DNA of 63,942 nt, counting the filler. It is 7 parts of 7 records of this genome, joined end to end, with 100 filler letters (N's around TTAATTAATTAA, not from the genome) between each part and the next. Parts side by side here need not be neighbours in the genome. Positions count along the whole stretch, not along the records: positions 58,461 to 63,942 come from SRR2962707_4645; 6 more parts are not named here. One strand, given 5' to 3'. The notes under the pieces are model-generated. The model saw only the letters and a list, made by a program, of their open reading frames with translations. It made no database searches and was not told the origin of the DNA. This document shows, in pieces, positions 63,880-63,942 of the stretch (the first letter of the stretch is position 1; every line of letters begins with the position of its first letter). The translations under genes were made by a program, and so were the position numbers.

Positions 63880-63942
63880 CGAACTCACGAGTTCGTGAGT
63901 TCGTGTGAGTTGGTGAGTTCGTGTGAGTTCGTGTGAGTTCGT
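63880..63942 (+). repeat. (GAGTTCGTGT)-type minisatellite at contig end
   Basis: gagttcgtgagttcgtgtgagttggtgagttcgtgtgagttcgtgtgagttcgt. Confidence 0.85.

Noticed and set aside
63880-63942. Telomeric repeat
   Set aside because: Irregular 8-10-nt units with an inverted copy, next to a gene 5' region; more like a minisatellite that broke the assembly.

Overview
This window is not one locus. It is seven contigs joined by 100-nt N spacers carrying TTAATTAATTAA (8431-8530, 15111-15210, 24934-25033, 31679-31778, 52030-52129, 58361-58460). Contigs 1, 2, 6 and 7 come from an intron-rich eukaryote, probably a protist (LKR/SDH, VAC14, a cAMP-receptor-like GPCR, farnesyltransferase beta, an MFS transporter, a TSP3-like repeat membrane protein, a serine hydrolase/LRR gene and a GH16). 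Contig 3 is Marinobacter-like (DAHP synthase, LysE, flavoprotein disulfide reductase, Dps, a Pho-box-preceded choice-of-anchor I lipoprotein, a porin and a cfa-like/geranylgeranyl-reductase-like pair). Contig 4 is an alphaproteobacterial LiuR leucine-catabolism region. Contig 5 (31779-52029) is the morphogenesis module of a podovirus-like phage. The main discovery is in the phage: the major capsid gene is split by a 1021-nt group I intron (minus strand, 39849-38829) whose helices P1-P9.1 can be paired by eye. Splicing restores ...NFQY-Y-SGYD... and a 323-aa capsid. The intron's P2 loop holds a zinc-finger/NUMOD3/HNH endonuclease gene in ANTISENSE orientation. A sigma70-like promoter for it appears to be written into the reverse strand of the ribozyme's P5 hairpin, and its reading frame runs across the 5' splice site into capsid exon 1. 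All structure and family assignments were made by eye; no searches were run.
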